Part shown: positions 48,240 through 60,519 of the stretch, piece after piece | How the letters are laid out: every line of letters starts with the position of its first letter | Numbering within the stretch: position 1 is the stretch's first letter | From: Octopus vulgaris | Lineage: Eukaryota | Reading direction: 5' to 3' | NCBI GenBank assembly: GCA_951406725.2 | Contig: OX597830.1 | Coordinates: 15,748,001-15,812,000, forward strand | DNA: 64,000 nucleotides | Notes under the pieces: generated by a model | Databases searched by the model: none | The model's input: only the letters and a program-made list of their open reading frames with translations | Told to the model about the DNA's origin: nothing | Program-made: the position numbers and the translations under genes

Positions 48240-48818
48240 TATAATTATATAGTACATATTTATTAAAATTATTTTGCTCACCATATTAATTAAGTTAGCT
48301 TTAACTTCACTATTTAGTACTAGGTGCATTAGCTAACCCTTAACTGTATGTTCTTCATAAGGATGGCTTCCCTGGGAAATGTTTCCTATTACAGACATCG
48401 TTATTCAGGAGTTCTGAACACATTATCTTCCAATCACAATTCAAAAGAATGCTGTATAATGGTTTACTCTTCCTTTCTCCAAGGGATCCCCTCATGAAAG
48501 AATTCCACCTCAGCATTGAAAGAAACACAATTACAAAATAACTTCTGTTGCTTACAGCAGTGAACTGTGCCTCCACATGATATATCTACTAGACTATTAT
48601 ACAGTAAGAATTTCTCTGTAAATTTTAACCAACATTACATATAGACTGATGTAAATATCTTATACTTGTATATTGTACAGAAAGCCAAGATGTTTATGTC
48701 TCTATATACAAATAGTGTTTGTTAAAAATCTATCGATACATTTGTGTAGGAGAGTGCAATGTTCAAATAAAACATTGTCAACACAACAATATTTTATTAA
48801 GTAACTCTGTTAAAGAAT

Positions 48819-49181
48819 ACAAACGTTGCTAAGTAGATAGGTATATCACCATATCAGCTAGTTTCAAGTCTTGCTACTATCAGTACTGTTGTATAAAGTA
48901 TAGGAAAAGAAACAAAAGAAAAGAAAAAAGAAGAAAAAAGAGGGGAAAAAAAACGATCAATAGGGATCGTGTATCACAGTGTCATGATGTACGGTGTAAA
49001 GGGGGAAGCAGATAAGGTTTATCCGTGGGAAGAAAAGCCTACGAAAAAGACCACGGTAACCTCGGTCAATATTGTTATATGTTATATGTTACCACAAACA
49101 TTGCTAAGTAGATAGGTATATCACCATATCAGCTAGTTTCAAGTCTCGCTACTATTAGTACTGTTGTATAAAGTATAGGAA
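48819..49181. repeat. 88-bp direct repeats flanking a 187-nt insert
   Basis: 48819-48906 matches 49094-49181 with about 3 mismatches. Confidence 0.85.
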
Positions 49182-49543
49182 GTTTGATTGTGACCAATAA
49201 CTGATTTTGTGTGTGAATATAAAGCTTCTCTGAGTATCTCCAATGGAATTCAGTTCCGTACATAGCATCAGCCAAGCGAATATTAATTTTTGCCATTGGT
49301 ACAAAGCCATATTTGTATCTGTATGGGAAGGTTAGAAGTGATCAAGAGGCTCTCATTACTTCCCCGGTAATTATTGTATTGACTCTGAACGGTTGTAAAG
49401 CAAGGTTCACATTAAACGGTTATGGACTCTGGAATTAAAGAGACTAAGTCTTCAGTTCATCACCCTGCAGTTTTTCTTTGCCAATACACTGCGTTAAGTA
49501 TTAAAAAATTCGACAATTTCAAATTGAAAGAAACATCACTTAC

Positions 49544-49645
49544 TGATGCAAGTTCTGGAACGTCTGCTGCAGACAAGATTAAGACCACACTTGCTGGTGA
49601 CTAGGCTTCCAAACATATCTCCGAGAAAGCAGGGATCACCTTCAT
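49544..49645 (-). CDS. Gene B coding exon 2: second half of the IGFBP-type N domain
   Basis: ttacag acceptor and gtaagt donor; N-EGDPCFLGDMFGSLVTSKCGLNLVCSRRSRTCI; phase 1 in and out. Confidence 0.92.
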
Positions 49646-49696
49646 CTGTAATAATGATAAAAATTATCATTATCATTATCATTATTATGATGATGA

Positions 49697-49730
<34 letters not shown>

Positions 49731-50278
49731 GGTGGTGGTGGTGGTGGTGGTGGTGGTGGTGGTGATGATGATGATGGATTCATGCTTGCTGCCCGAGAAA
49801 CAACCCAATAAACATCCTCAGAAATGGCGAAGACCCAAATGTAGAATCCTTTTGACAAATTATTCAAGACAATGGACCGTATAGTTTCAGGGTGCTACAC
49901 CCTTACCCCAAATGAATATAAAACTAAGCTTGACTGAGTTGGCAAATGTATTCACTGGACAGTGAAAACATTATGATGCCAAGCATGCTAAATACGGGTA
50001 TGAGTACCATTCATTCATTATCAGTAACTGAAGCAAAAGATGCAACAATTTCGTGGAATTTTATGGTCTGTGCAGACCACACCATAACCATCAATTGACC
50101 TGACATTAGCATTAAAGATTTTAAAAATGAAGCGTTAAAAAATGTATCTCCTAAAGAGTATGGGAAATTTTTGGTGTACAAAGACCTTGAAATTGGGATT
50201 AGCAGAATATGGCGTTTGAAAACATAAAGCACCCCTGTTGTAAGCGGTATACCTGGAGTCCTAAAGAATGGTTATTTA

Positions 50279-50937
50279 CCCTTTAGCATTCAAACCGGCC
50301 ATATCTGGCCAAAATATTTAACATGTTTTATATTGAAACTGACCAGATCTCACCTCTCACCTCAGCCCTACCATGTCATTCTAAATCTAAAAAATCACAT
50401 CTCTGAAATCTCCAAACTACAAGATAATTTATGATTAATTCAAACCATTTTAAATAAACAAACATCATATTTGACAGAATAATCTGAACACTAAAGGGTT
50501 AATGGGTTTCTTGAAAATGTCCCTGATGAGCCCAACATTTATGAAATTCAAAAATGCCATCCACATCATGGCTTGTATTTTTTTTTTATTAATTTCTATC
50601 TTTTTAACACCAAATGATTAATACTCAATTACCGTCTTTTATATATTATTTCTATACTTTTTAACTTTGATTTATGTTTCTGTATACTGAGTCTAAATTA
50701 ATTTTATACCATGTTAACACTTTAGCATTCAGATGACTGTCAAATGTAATATTTATTTATTCACATTGTTTTTAATTAATTATGTATTAATTTGTAGCTT
50801 TTAGATTTCAATAACAACGTTGTTTATTTTTAGAATGGCATTGTTGGGTTGGTATGAGATGCTGGATCTGATTGATTTGAACAGAAAATAAATGTAGAAT
50901 ATTTGGGCCAAACATGACTAGTTTAAATACTAAAGAG
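50279..50937. mobile_element. Two F1 MITEs in opposite orientation (50279-50498 and 50718-50937)
   Basis: CCCTTTAG-like TIRs; internal sequences are reverse complements of each other. Confidence 0.8.
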
Positions 50938-51468
50938 TTAAAGCTACATTATGCTGTGAAATGCCACTTTGACATAACAGTCCCTGCCTTAGGAATCTGG
51001 TTGGTAACCAGCATGGACTGTTAATCATTATTAACATCATCATTTAACATCCAATTCCCCTGCTGGAATGGGTTGAATGGAGCATTTCCTGAACACAACT
51101 TAACTAAAACAACAAACAATTTTTAAACTTTTATGTACTGTATGAAAATGTACAAGCGTTTTCAACTGACATTTCATAAACATTAAAATGCCTTCCGGCA
51201 GCTCTATTGCTATGTTCAAATGCATATTCAACAATATTTAATTTCTCTTTCGTAGTAAACGCTTCATAAGTTCTGCTCATATTGACAAAAATGGTAATGA
51301 CAAGTTTTTAAGTGAGCTAGTGTGTTCGGGGACTATGCCAAGCACCAATGTTTACTTCAGCATGGATGTCTTTCCAAATGCCAACCATTTTATTAAGTTT
51401 ACTGGTGCTTTTTACCATAGTTTCATCTTTCAATTCCAAAAAGTTATCTCGGATAAAAACCAACTTAC

Positions 51469-51634
51469 TCAAATGTTTTATGCAAATATCACAACATCCA
51501 CAAAGTCCTTTTCCTATTTCACCATCTACACAATTTTCTACAGGTAGACATTTAAAAAATTTGCAGGCATTAGGTGGGCAGGTGAGAGCACTGGCTGCTA
51601 CAACACTCAGGGCAATAAGGAAGATGTACTTCAT
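51469..51634 (-). CDS. Gene B coding exon 1: signal peptide plus IGFBP-type N domain (GLCGCCDIC)
   Basis: ACCATG start; MKYIFLIALSVVAASA-LTCPPNACKFFKCLPVENCVDGEIGKGLCGCCDICIKHL; gtaagt donor; acceptor at 51652-51653 implies an upstream non-coding exon. Confidence 0.92.
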
Positions 51635-52554
51635 GGTCGACAACAATAAATCTGAAATTATTAAAAAAAAATATGCACTTTGCTAATGAATTGAATTGTA
51701 AAATTTTGGCAAGTATATATTCAACAAATAATTAAATGGTGATGATTAGATAATAATTATAAGGTATGATCACAAGCTAGTAACAGAAAACACACAGACC
51801 CATAAACGCTTACAAACGACATTTAAACTACATATCAATCTCTGTTTAGACAATCACATTACTTCTTACACTACAAAGCATCCAATCACTCCCTCTTCTT
51901 ATTTCCATAACATAATTATGCCTTATTAATTATTGTATAAAATATTATGCATTTAGTACTGTAAAACCCCAAATAATTTACACTTTTTTCCCACAAAAAT
52001 AAAAATAACCTTTAGGGGTGTATAAATTACCTGAGTAGATCGTTTCCAGAATTTTATTAGAATTTATTTTTTTGTTGTTGAAAAAAGACGTACAAAACAT
52101 AAACATCCATACCGGAAGTTGACTCAATGTCAGAATAGGTTTTTACAGAAAAAATAAGGGCTTAAATATAATGAAGTTGACTTTTATTTATGTTGGATGG
52201 TATAATGCTTACTTTTTTCTGTATAAATTTACTAAAACCATTAAATGGTCAACTACTTTTTGAAGTCACGGTCCGGGCCGTATTTTACATTGCTTGGAGT
52301 TTCTACTTATCACAATGGAGCACCATTGACATACAAAGTGATATGGATATTCCTGACTGAAATCGTTTTGTTGTGAGATCGGCCAAATTGTTGAGGATGG
52401 TAAGGAAAAGGATATAAATGTTTGCAATTTACATCCTGACTACTAACATTCTTGACATTGCTGTGAGCTACCAACAATTAGGGGCAATAATGTCGAAAAT
52501 AAACATTTCCTGAACATAACATAACTAAAACAACAAACAATTTAAAAACTTTTA

Positions 52555-52920
52555 TGTACTGTATGAAAATGTATGGGTGTTTTCAACTAATAAACTACGA
52601 TCGCGGGTAATGGGATGTTGTCCCCATACAAGGCTTAGCCATTCTGTCATGCTGGATTTGGTCATCCAGCCTTTTTCGTGGAGTCTAACGATTATACCTT
52701 TCGGAAAGTTCATCTTTGGCAATGTGTTTCTTTTGAAGATAACATTTGGTGGCAATTTTGTTCTGTTTCCTAAGCATGCTCGTATCACAGTAAATCTATT
52801 CTTTTCATTTCCACTTATTTTCTTATTTTAACTGATTTTTCATTAATATGTGTCAATGTTAACAATACGGCAAATTAAATGTTAACAGGGTTTGGTCTGC
52901 ATTTCCAATGCATGACGGTT
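52555..52920 (-). pseudogene. pogo/Tigger-family transposase remnant (DDE domain)
   Basis: IGNADQT-LTF...GNEKNRFTV..C..TKLPPNVIFKR..LPK..FPKG.....KGWM....EWL..VW; interrupted by a stop and frameshift. Confidence 0.88.
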
Positions 52921-53830
52921 CGAAACAGCAACCAGTTTAGAATTCCCATAAATAAATATGTAAATAGCATCAAAATTCTCCTCAAAACTACAGCTTACTG
53001 TCTACTTGAAAATAGAAGGTTGTATTTTTATAATAACAGACCAGACATTCTATATTTAGTACATTTCTGATCACAGATACTCGTCATCAACATCTTCTTT
53101 ATCACATAGGTCAGCTGGCACGGGGATGTCCTGGGGTTAAACAACAGCATCCACTTTATGATATGAGTAACAGATTTACCATCATCCTCATCGTCATCAT
53201 CGTTTTCACCACCACCACAACCACAACTATTCCCACCATCATCGTCGTCGTTGTCATCATCGTCATCGCCTCATAGTCTTCATCATCAGCATCATCTTTA
53301 TCACCACCGTCGTCATCATTGTCGTCATCATCGTCGTCGTCGTCGCCATCTTAATCCTTATTGCCATTAGTAGCAGCAGCAATGGCACTACCTTCGTGGT
53401 TTTTACTTTTTGCTTTTTCATGCTGGCATGGGTTAAAGGAAACCTTTTTAGGCAGTATTATAAGGCTGAATGCCCTTTCGATTGCCGACCCTAACTTGTT
53501 CTTCAATGTATTTTCTTCTCTGGCCTTCATAAGTCTAAACGTCGGAACCACTGAGCTACAAACTTTATTGTTTATAGATGATACAAACATCACACAAACA
53601 GTGTCATGTGAAGACTTGAAGAAATAAACACCCATGTACACACATGCATAACACATAAGCATTCATATATAAACATATACAGATGTACACACAACCAGAA
53701 AAAGGAAATAAAAGAAGGGTGAAAAGGGAAGTGGGGAAGGATGAAAGGAGAAGGGAAGAAAGGAAGAGGATAAGGAAGATCACTATTTAAGACTATTTAA
53801 GCACTAGATTTATGCACAAGCTCATACAAG

Positions 53831-54242
53831 GGATCTTTTCGATTTGAACGGAAGTTTTTAAAAATAATTTCTAGGTAACTAAAAAATTTTAAACTTTGTA
53901 TACTGGTAGAATGTGTTTATAAAACATCTTTTTCTCTTGGCTTTATTGAGAAAATTCTAGTTTGTTAAATATTTGTTGTTTTTTTTTCTTCAGTTTCTGC
54001 AATTTCAACCAATCAATGACGTCTATTGAGGTGAAAACATTCTGTGCCGTATGAATATGTCCCTCGTTTAAGAAACAGATTGGGTCTATTTACATTTCTG
54101 AAGAAAAAAATACCCTTCCCCCACCCCTAACCCTAACCCTAAAAGAGATTGAAATGCAATAGATCGATACTAGGGTCATAATTATGGGTGACAATTTCAT
54201 ATGACACCTCTAGAAAAACTGCCGTTCAAACCGAAAAGATCC
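53831..54242. mobile_element. Merlin-like MITE, third copy (inverted orientation)
   Basis: GGATC...GATCC TIRs; no 8-bp TSD, but a >=62-bp flank duplication. Confidence 0.85.
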
Positions 54243-54937
54243 AAAAAGAGAAAGAAAGGAAGGAAAGAGATAAGGAAGTTCCCTGTTTAAGACTATTTAA
54301 GCACTAGATTTATGCACAAGCTCATACAAGTCCGACGAGAAATTGACCTAAGCTAACGCCACATTCTGCTATCAGGCTGGGTTCAGCATTCAAGAGTTTC
54401 ACTGGTTTAAGGAGTGAGGAGAAAGAACTCAGTCAGCGCTGTTGGATGATTTAGAAAAACTTCAAACTGTTTAATCAAACATTAAGAGACAAATACAAGA
54501 AATAAACAGAACGACTCCAGTTCGTGTCGAATGGTTTAGAAAGTAAATCTTTTAAAGTGGAACAAACTCAACAGCTTCAAACGCTGTTATATATATATAC
54601 AAAAAAAATTATATATACAAAGACACGTAGCGTATTATAAATATATATATATATACAACTTATAAACAAGGGCAAAAGAAAAACATTCCAATGTCAAATA
54701 TGCCGAAAATAGACAAAATCGTTAATAACCATATAATTTATCACTATAAGCACTATAAGTTGTTTATAAATTTGACCTTTAAAGGTATTTTTTAATATGC
54801 TGGCCATTGATAGAATTTTTTTCAAAAAATTTTATCCTATATTAATTATATATATATATATAAATGGCGGTGCCCCAGCATGGCCACAGCTCGTGAGCTG
54901 AAACTGGATAAAATAAAATAAAATAAAAAATATATAT

Positions 54938-55199
54938 ATATTGTTGTATTTAGGAATACTCATCTTGCCCGTTTAGCCAATAAAAACACACGCACTATAT
55001 ATTTGGTGTTACTTTGCTTCAGCGTTATTTATTTTTTACATTATTCTTAATTTTATTTCGGCCAGAGTTCTTTCGTCACACTTCTGTGATCTCATCAGTG
55101 GTCCTTTGCTTTATTCTTTCTTATTTGTGTGTCTCTCCTTACTAACGGTCAGCCATTTTGTATTTTGTATTCCTAATGTATTCCTAAACACAACAATAT
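54938..55199. mobile_element. Penelope-like fragment with 22-bp inverted ends
   Basis: atattgttgtatttaggaatac / gtattcctaaacacaacaatat; adjacent to (TA)n; internal hammerhead motif. Confidence 0.55.
55060..55103 (-). ncRNA. Minimal, slightly degenerate type I hammerhead motif
   Basis: GACCA-CTGATGA-GATCACAGAAGTGTGAC-GAAA-GAAC-TC-TGGCC. Confidence 0.55.
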
Positions 55200-55296
55200 G
55201 TTTCAACACACGATTTCACATAAAAAATCTTGCAAAGCAAATATATATATATATATATATATCGGTGTTTGTATACGTATTTATATTTGTATATAT

Positions 55297-55299
<3 letters not shown>

Positions 55300-55331
<32 letters not shown>

Positions 55332-55335
55332 TTTG

Positions 55336-55432
<97 letters not shown>
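55300..55432. repeat. (GATA)n/(TATG)n/(TCTA)n microsatellites
   Basis: Visible directly. Confidence 0.95.
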
Positions 55433-56061
55433 TTACACACACACACATGCATTCCGGAAAAGAGACATTTTTGTCTTATTATCTATCTCTACCGTATTGT
55501 GATCTCCATTATTAAAAGTTGTATCTGTCTTCATACGCACACTTTCGCGCATGCGTTCGCGCACATGTATTTGTGTGTGCTCGCACTCGTGTGTAAATGC
55601 GCGCGCGTGTGAATGTGTTCCAGAGAAGAGATAAATTTATATTTTGTTTTCATCAACCTTTATTCCATTGTTACCTTCATTGTTAAAAGATATAGACGGT
55701 CTCTTCACAGTCGTTGGAAGAAAACAAATATTTAAGTGAACATTCAAATATTTCTAATTGATTCCGAAAATTAATTACCATACACACTACGGGAATTAAT
55801 ACTAATTAGACTGTATACTAACTAATTCTCAAATTAGTCTTGTAAACAATTTAATGATTTTTAATATTCTTTTTTTTCTTTTTTAGGGGAAGTATGATTA
55901 CTGTGAAATGAATAAATTGGTAGAGATCTGTTATTAAATTCTTCAAATGGAAGTTTCCTGTCGAATTAACAATAGTTTTTCAGTAAATTCAAAAATAAAC
56001 GGAACTGATTAAAATATGTCTAAAGTTTTTCTTCTACGGAAATAATACTCAGAGTTATTAA

Positions 56062-56483
56062 GGCGGCGAGCAGGCAGAAACGTTAGCACGCCGGGCGAAA
56101 TGCTTAGCAGTATTTCGTCTGCCGCTACGCTCTGAGTTCAAATTCCGCCGAGGTCGACTTTGCCTTCCATCCTTTCGGGGTCAATTAAATAAGTACCAGT
56201 TACGCACTGGGGTCGATGTAACCGACTTAATCCGTTTGTCTGTACTTGTTTGTCCTCTCTGTGTTTAGCCCCTTGTGGGTAGTAAAGAAATAGAAATAGG
56301 TATTTCGTCTGTCTTTACGTTCTGAGTTCAAATTCCGCCGAGGTCGACTTTGCCTTTCATCCTTTCGGGGGTCGATTAAATAAGTACCAGTTACGCACTG
56401 AGGTCGATATAATCAACTTAATCCCTTCGTCTGTCTTTGTTTGTCCCCTCTACGTTTAGCCCACTGTGGGTAGTAAAGAAATA
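56062..56483 (+). mobile_element. SINE family B dimer within a single 16-bp TSD
   Basis: One head plus two bodies; TSD aatactcagagttatt (56044-56059) and aatacttagagttatt (56484-56499). Confidence 0.88.
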
Positions 56484-56747
56484 AATACTTAGAGTTATTG
56501 TTGAAAAGTGTTGATAGAGTAAGATAAGAAAGGACAGAGAGGTGGCCTTTACAGCAGTTTGCCAAATACATGACACTGCTAAGATTTATTCCTCTCAGTT
56601 CTGTTTCCAAACTCTGCCAGGTTCAGCTTAACATTCCATGTCAGAGTTTATTCAATCAATATAAGCTGAACGACATTATTGGCTTTAAAACAAGTCAAAA
56701 TAAAGTCACCTGACGGGATAACAGTGCTAAGCAGTGGTATGTATAAA

Positions 56748-57190
56748 TACAAACTGGTAACCCGTTCAAATATGTTTGAAGAGGCATATTCGAAAGCTAT
56801 TTACTGCATTTTGTCAGGGAGAAAATTTCTCGCTGTAGACAACCCACAGCGATCCCTAACCAGATTGTGGGATGTATGCATTTCGGTTGTGATTCTCTCC
56901 GAAAGTTTGTATTTATACACGTCCCTACCTAGCGTTGCCACTCCGTAATTTATTTACTATGGCAACGGGAATCATAAGAGGAACCTGTCGCTCGTGTTAG
57001 TTTGCGGCGTTTGCCGATCCAGTCTCTGCTGCTGAAGAGGAAATTATCACTCCGAAATTTCAGTCAGGTTGGGGGACGCTGTAGACAACTATTTGTCTAC
57101 AGCGAGAATCTCCATGACAAAATACAGTGAGTGGCTTTCATAGGGATTCGAACACGCTTCAAGTATATTTGAATTGGTAACAGGTTTGTA
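56748..57190. mobile_element. Old element with ~95-bp degenerate inverted ends
   Basis: tacaaac...ctcgctgtagacaa versus ttgtctacagcgag...gtttgta. Confidence 0.55.
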
Positions 57191-57540
57191 AAAGTCACCT
57201 CGTTTCTATGTCACCTTTAACATTTTTTTCAGTGCTGCCTGGATCTGTTAGATGATATAAGTTACTGCACACGTTGTGGGGCAGTAAGTTCGTTTGGTGG
57301 AGTCTGCACCCTCTGGTATGGATTTTTTCCCTCTTTTTTTTTCTATAGACACAAGGCCTGAATTTGGGGCTCGTTAGTTATAGCGACCCCAATGCTTGAC
57401 TAGTTTTATCAACCCCGAGAAAATGAAAAACAATGTTGACCTCGATGGAATTTGAACTACTCAAAGCAAAGCCGGAAGATACGCTGCAAAGCTTTTTGTT
57501 TAGCATGCCAACAATTCTGTCATCTTGCCTTCATCTACTG

Positions 57541-57741
57541 CAGTGCTTTTCAACCTTTTTGCTGGAGCGGAACCCCAAGGAAACATTCCACTGGCTCGAG
57601 GAACCCCTGTGCAATAATTTAATAGTCTTATGTACACATATCTGCACAGGAGAATTAAAAATTACTGCCGATTTTAGCAGTTTTGTAACTTCTTGCGGAA
57701 CCCCTGGACTGTACTGGCGGAACCCTGGTTGAAAACCACTG
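57541..57741. mobile_element. hAT-type MITE
   Basis: TIR CAGTG.TTTTCAACC; perfect 8-bp TSD atctactg. Confidence 0.9.
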
Positions 57742-58619
57742 ATCTACTGTGAAATTACAATGAATACGCATGTATCCTTTTACATGGTTTCACCAGAAGA
57801 GGAAGGACAGTTCTCATTACGTATTTCCATGCCTTTGAGACTGGAGAGAGGGGAAGAAAAAACTTCGCAGACCAGAAACATGGTTCTAATGCTTGTGACA
57901 GCTGAAAATCACCCGACAATGTTCAACTCACGATATTTCTATGGACAAGATAACAACAAAATATATTTTGGATTCTATATTCATGAACAATGTTGATGCC
58001 ATAAGATAAACACGATTCTCAAGTCGTCGGGTCCATTATATTTATATTGAAGCGAAATAAGAATATTTGGTGGTGAGGCAAGAAATTAATAAAACAGCGA
58101 AGCAAGTGGACAGCCACAGCGTAAGAAGTGAAAAGGAAGTAAGACTCTTGGGGAACTAGACTAAATGTGATTGGAGAAAGAGATGTCGATGAAAAATACA
58201 CTTTAATTGATAAACTGAACAGTTTTCTGTCAGTCAGTGTGGGAGCTTACTAAATATGTCTCATCTTGTAAGGAACCTGTCAGATATTTACAATTCTGGC
58301 AAATGTCTAGAGAAATAATACTTTTTAAGTAGGACTGCAAGATCGATATTATTAAACCCGAAGGAACAGGCTAAACTTTATCTTATGAGTTGGCTGAGGG
58401 ATGCATTGGGAAATGGAGGAACGGAAGGGAGAGAGAGTATGTGTATGTATGTATGTGTGTGTGTGTGTGTGTGCGTGTGTGTGTGACTGTTTGCACGTGC
58501 GTGCTTTCTGTTTGAGATTTCATTCACATTTCGAAACTAAGCCCCGAGTTTCTCACTAGCGTTATTCAAAACACTCGCTGCTTCTTAACTGAGATGAAGA
58601 ACGACTTAGGGAAATGTAA

Positions 58620-59062
<443 letters not shown>

Positions 59063-59891
59063 TATATATGCATTCTATGTATATGTATATATATGTAAGT
59101 GACCCTAGCCGAAATTCACAAAGACATTCCTCTAACCAGCTTCAATAATACCAAACATTTTCTCGACCCCTCTCTTTTTCTTTTCGTATGCGGCCACATC
59201 AATAACCACTTTGATGTGGCCCCATCAACAGCCACTTTGATGTGGCCACTGGCTATTACTCTATCTCCTCTTGAGATTTTATAACTAGCTACTTTGCTTG
59301 TTGCGAATCAGTGACCAATAGTCACTTTGTTTACAATATATTGTTAGCAGTAGAGGATCCTGGCTATCGCTCTAGTGTGCAGGTACTCGTGACTGATGGT
59401 GAGCCAAATAGCTCGAAACTGAGTCTGTCTTACGATCCCGTTAGCTGCTAGAAGGTGACAGGGGAGCGATGTCAACTTTAAGGTTGTACCCTGTGAAATT
59501 TATAGTTTAGCGTCTGTGACATGACCTGTTCATTGTAGGTTTCTGTCTGAATGTGTTTACTTTATGCGTATTTCAGTGCTATATATACCTGTCATGTATT
59601 TGTGTACATCATTAATATATAAGTACATGTGGATGTATGTATTCATATATAAGTTTATATGTACATTTATGCATTCGTGTGTGTGTCTAAAGAGGGTGTC
59701 TGTCTCCAAAACTTTAAAGTTGAGTAATATTTTCATGCTTGGATTTGTAACCTGCGGTAAGAATAACATTGGTCAACAAAGGATTTGTTCCAAGGAAAAG
59801 AATACCTGTATCGTGTGTGTTTTTGCATGCAGAATTCAAAAATAATGTCAAATTATCTGTATCACCCACAGTTTCTCTGTTCCCCGATATC

Positions 59892-59948
<57 letters not shown>

Positions 59949-60519
59949 GTGTGCATGTGTGATCATCGTTGAAGTTGCTCGCATGAAACTGGATAACGGA
60001 TAAATTGGGGCGAAATCCGAATAAAGAGAGTATCTGTTTGTATCGACTTGCGTCATCATATTTGACCATTGTGTGTTGTGTGTTCTGAGTGTGTAAGGAG
60101 AGGAGTGCTGCAAAGTGCTCTAAATATAGCAAACTTTCCATAACCATTAATTAACCTCATTTAACAATGTAATCATGGAAAACTATGTTTTCTATTTCCT
60201 CTCATGAAATATTTTGCAGATTTTTCCTGAAATTGCAATATGCACACACCTATAGTTATTTGTACCACGATATGTACAGGCCGAAAAGAAGGCTAATGGA
60301 AAGATAAAAATAAGGATGGAAAGCATTTATACACATCCGGTTATTGTTATCTTTCATGCCCACTCTTTGTAGCACACTGCACCCATTAGACTGCCTCTCA
60401 GTCCATTGTCTACCATTCGAATTCGTTCACCATTGCCCTGCTCGCTTCTTTCTATCTGTATATCATACACATGTATATTTGGTCTATGTCGATATCTTGG
60501 TTCTTGGTTGTTATAAATC

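Noticed and set aside
48355-48615. Cys-containing minus-strand frame as an alternative third exon of gene B
   Set aside because: No domain pattern; exon 47218-47101 gives a clear Tg1 domain in the correct phase
50522-50550. CTGATGA...GAAA spacing
   Set aside because: No stem II or stem I pairing; chance match
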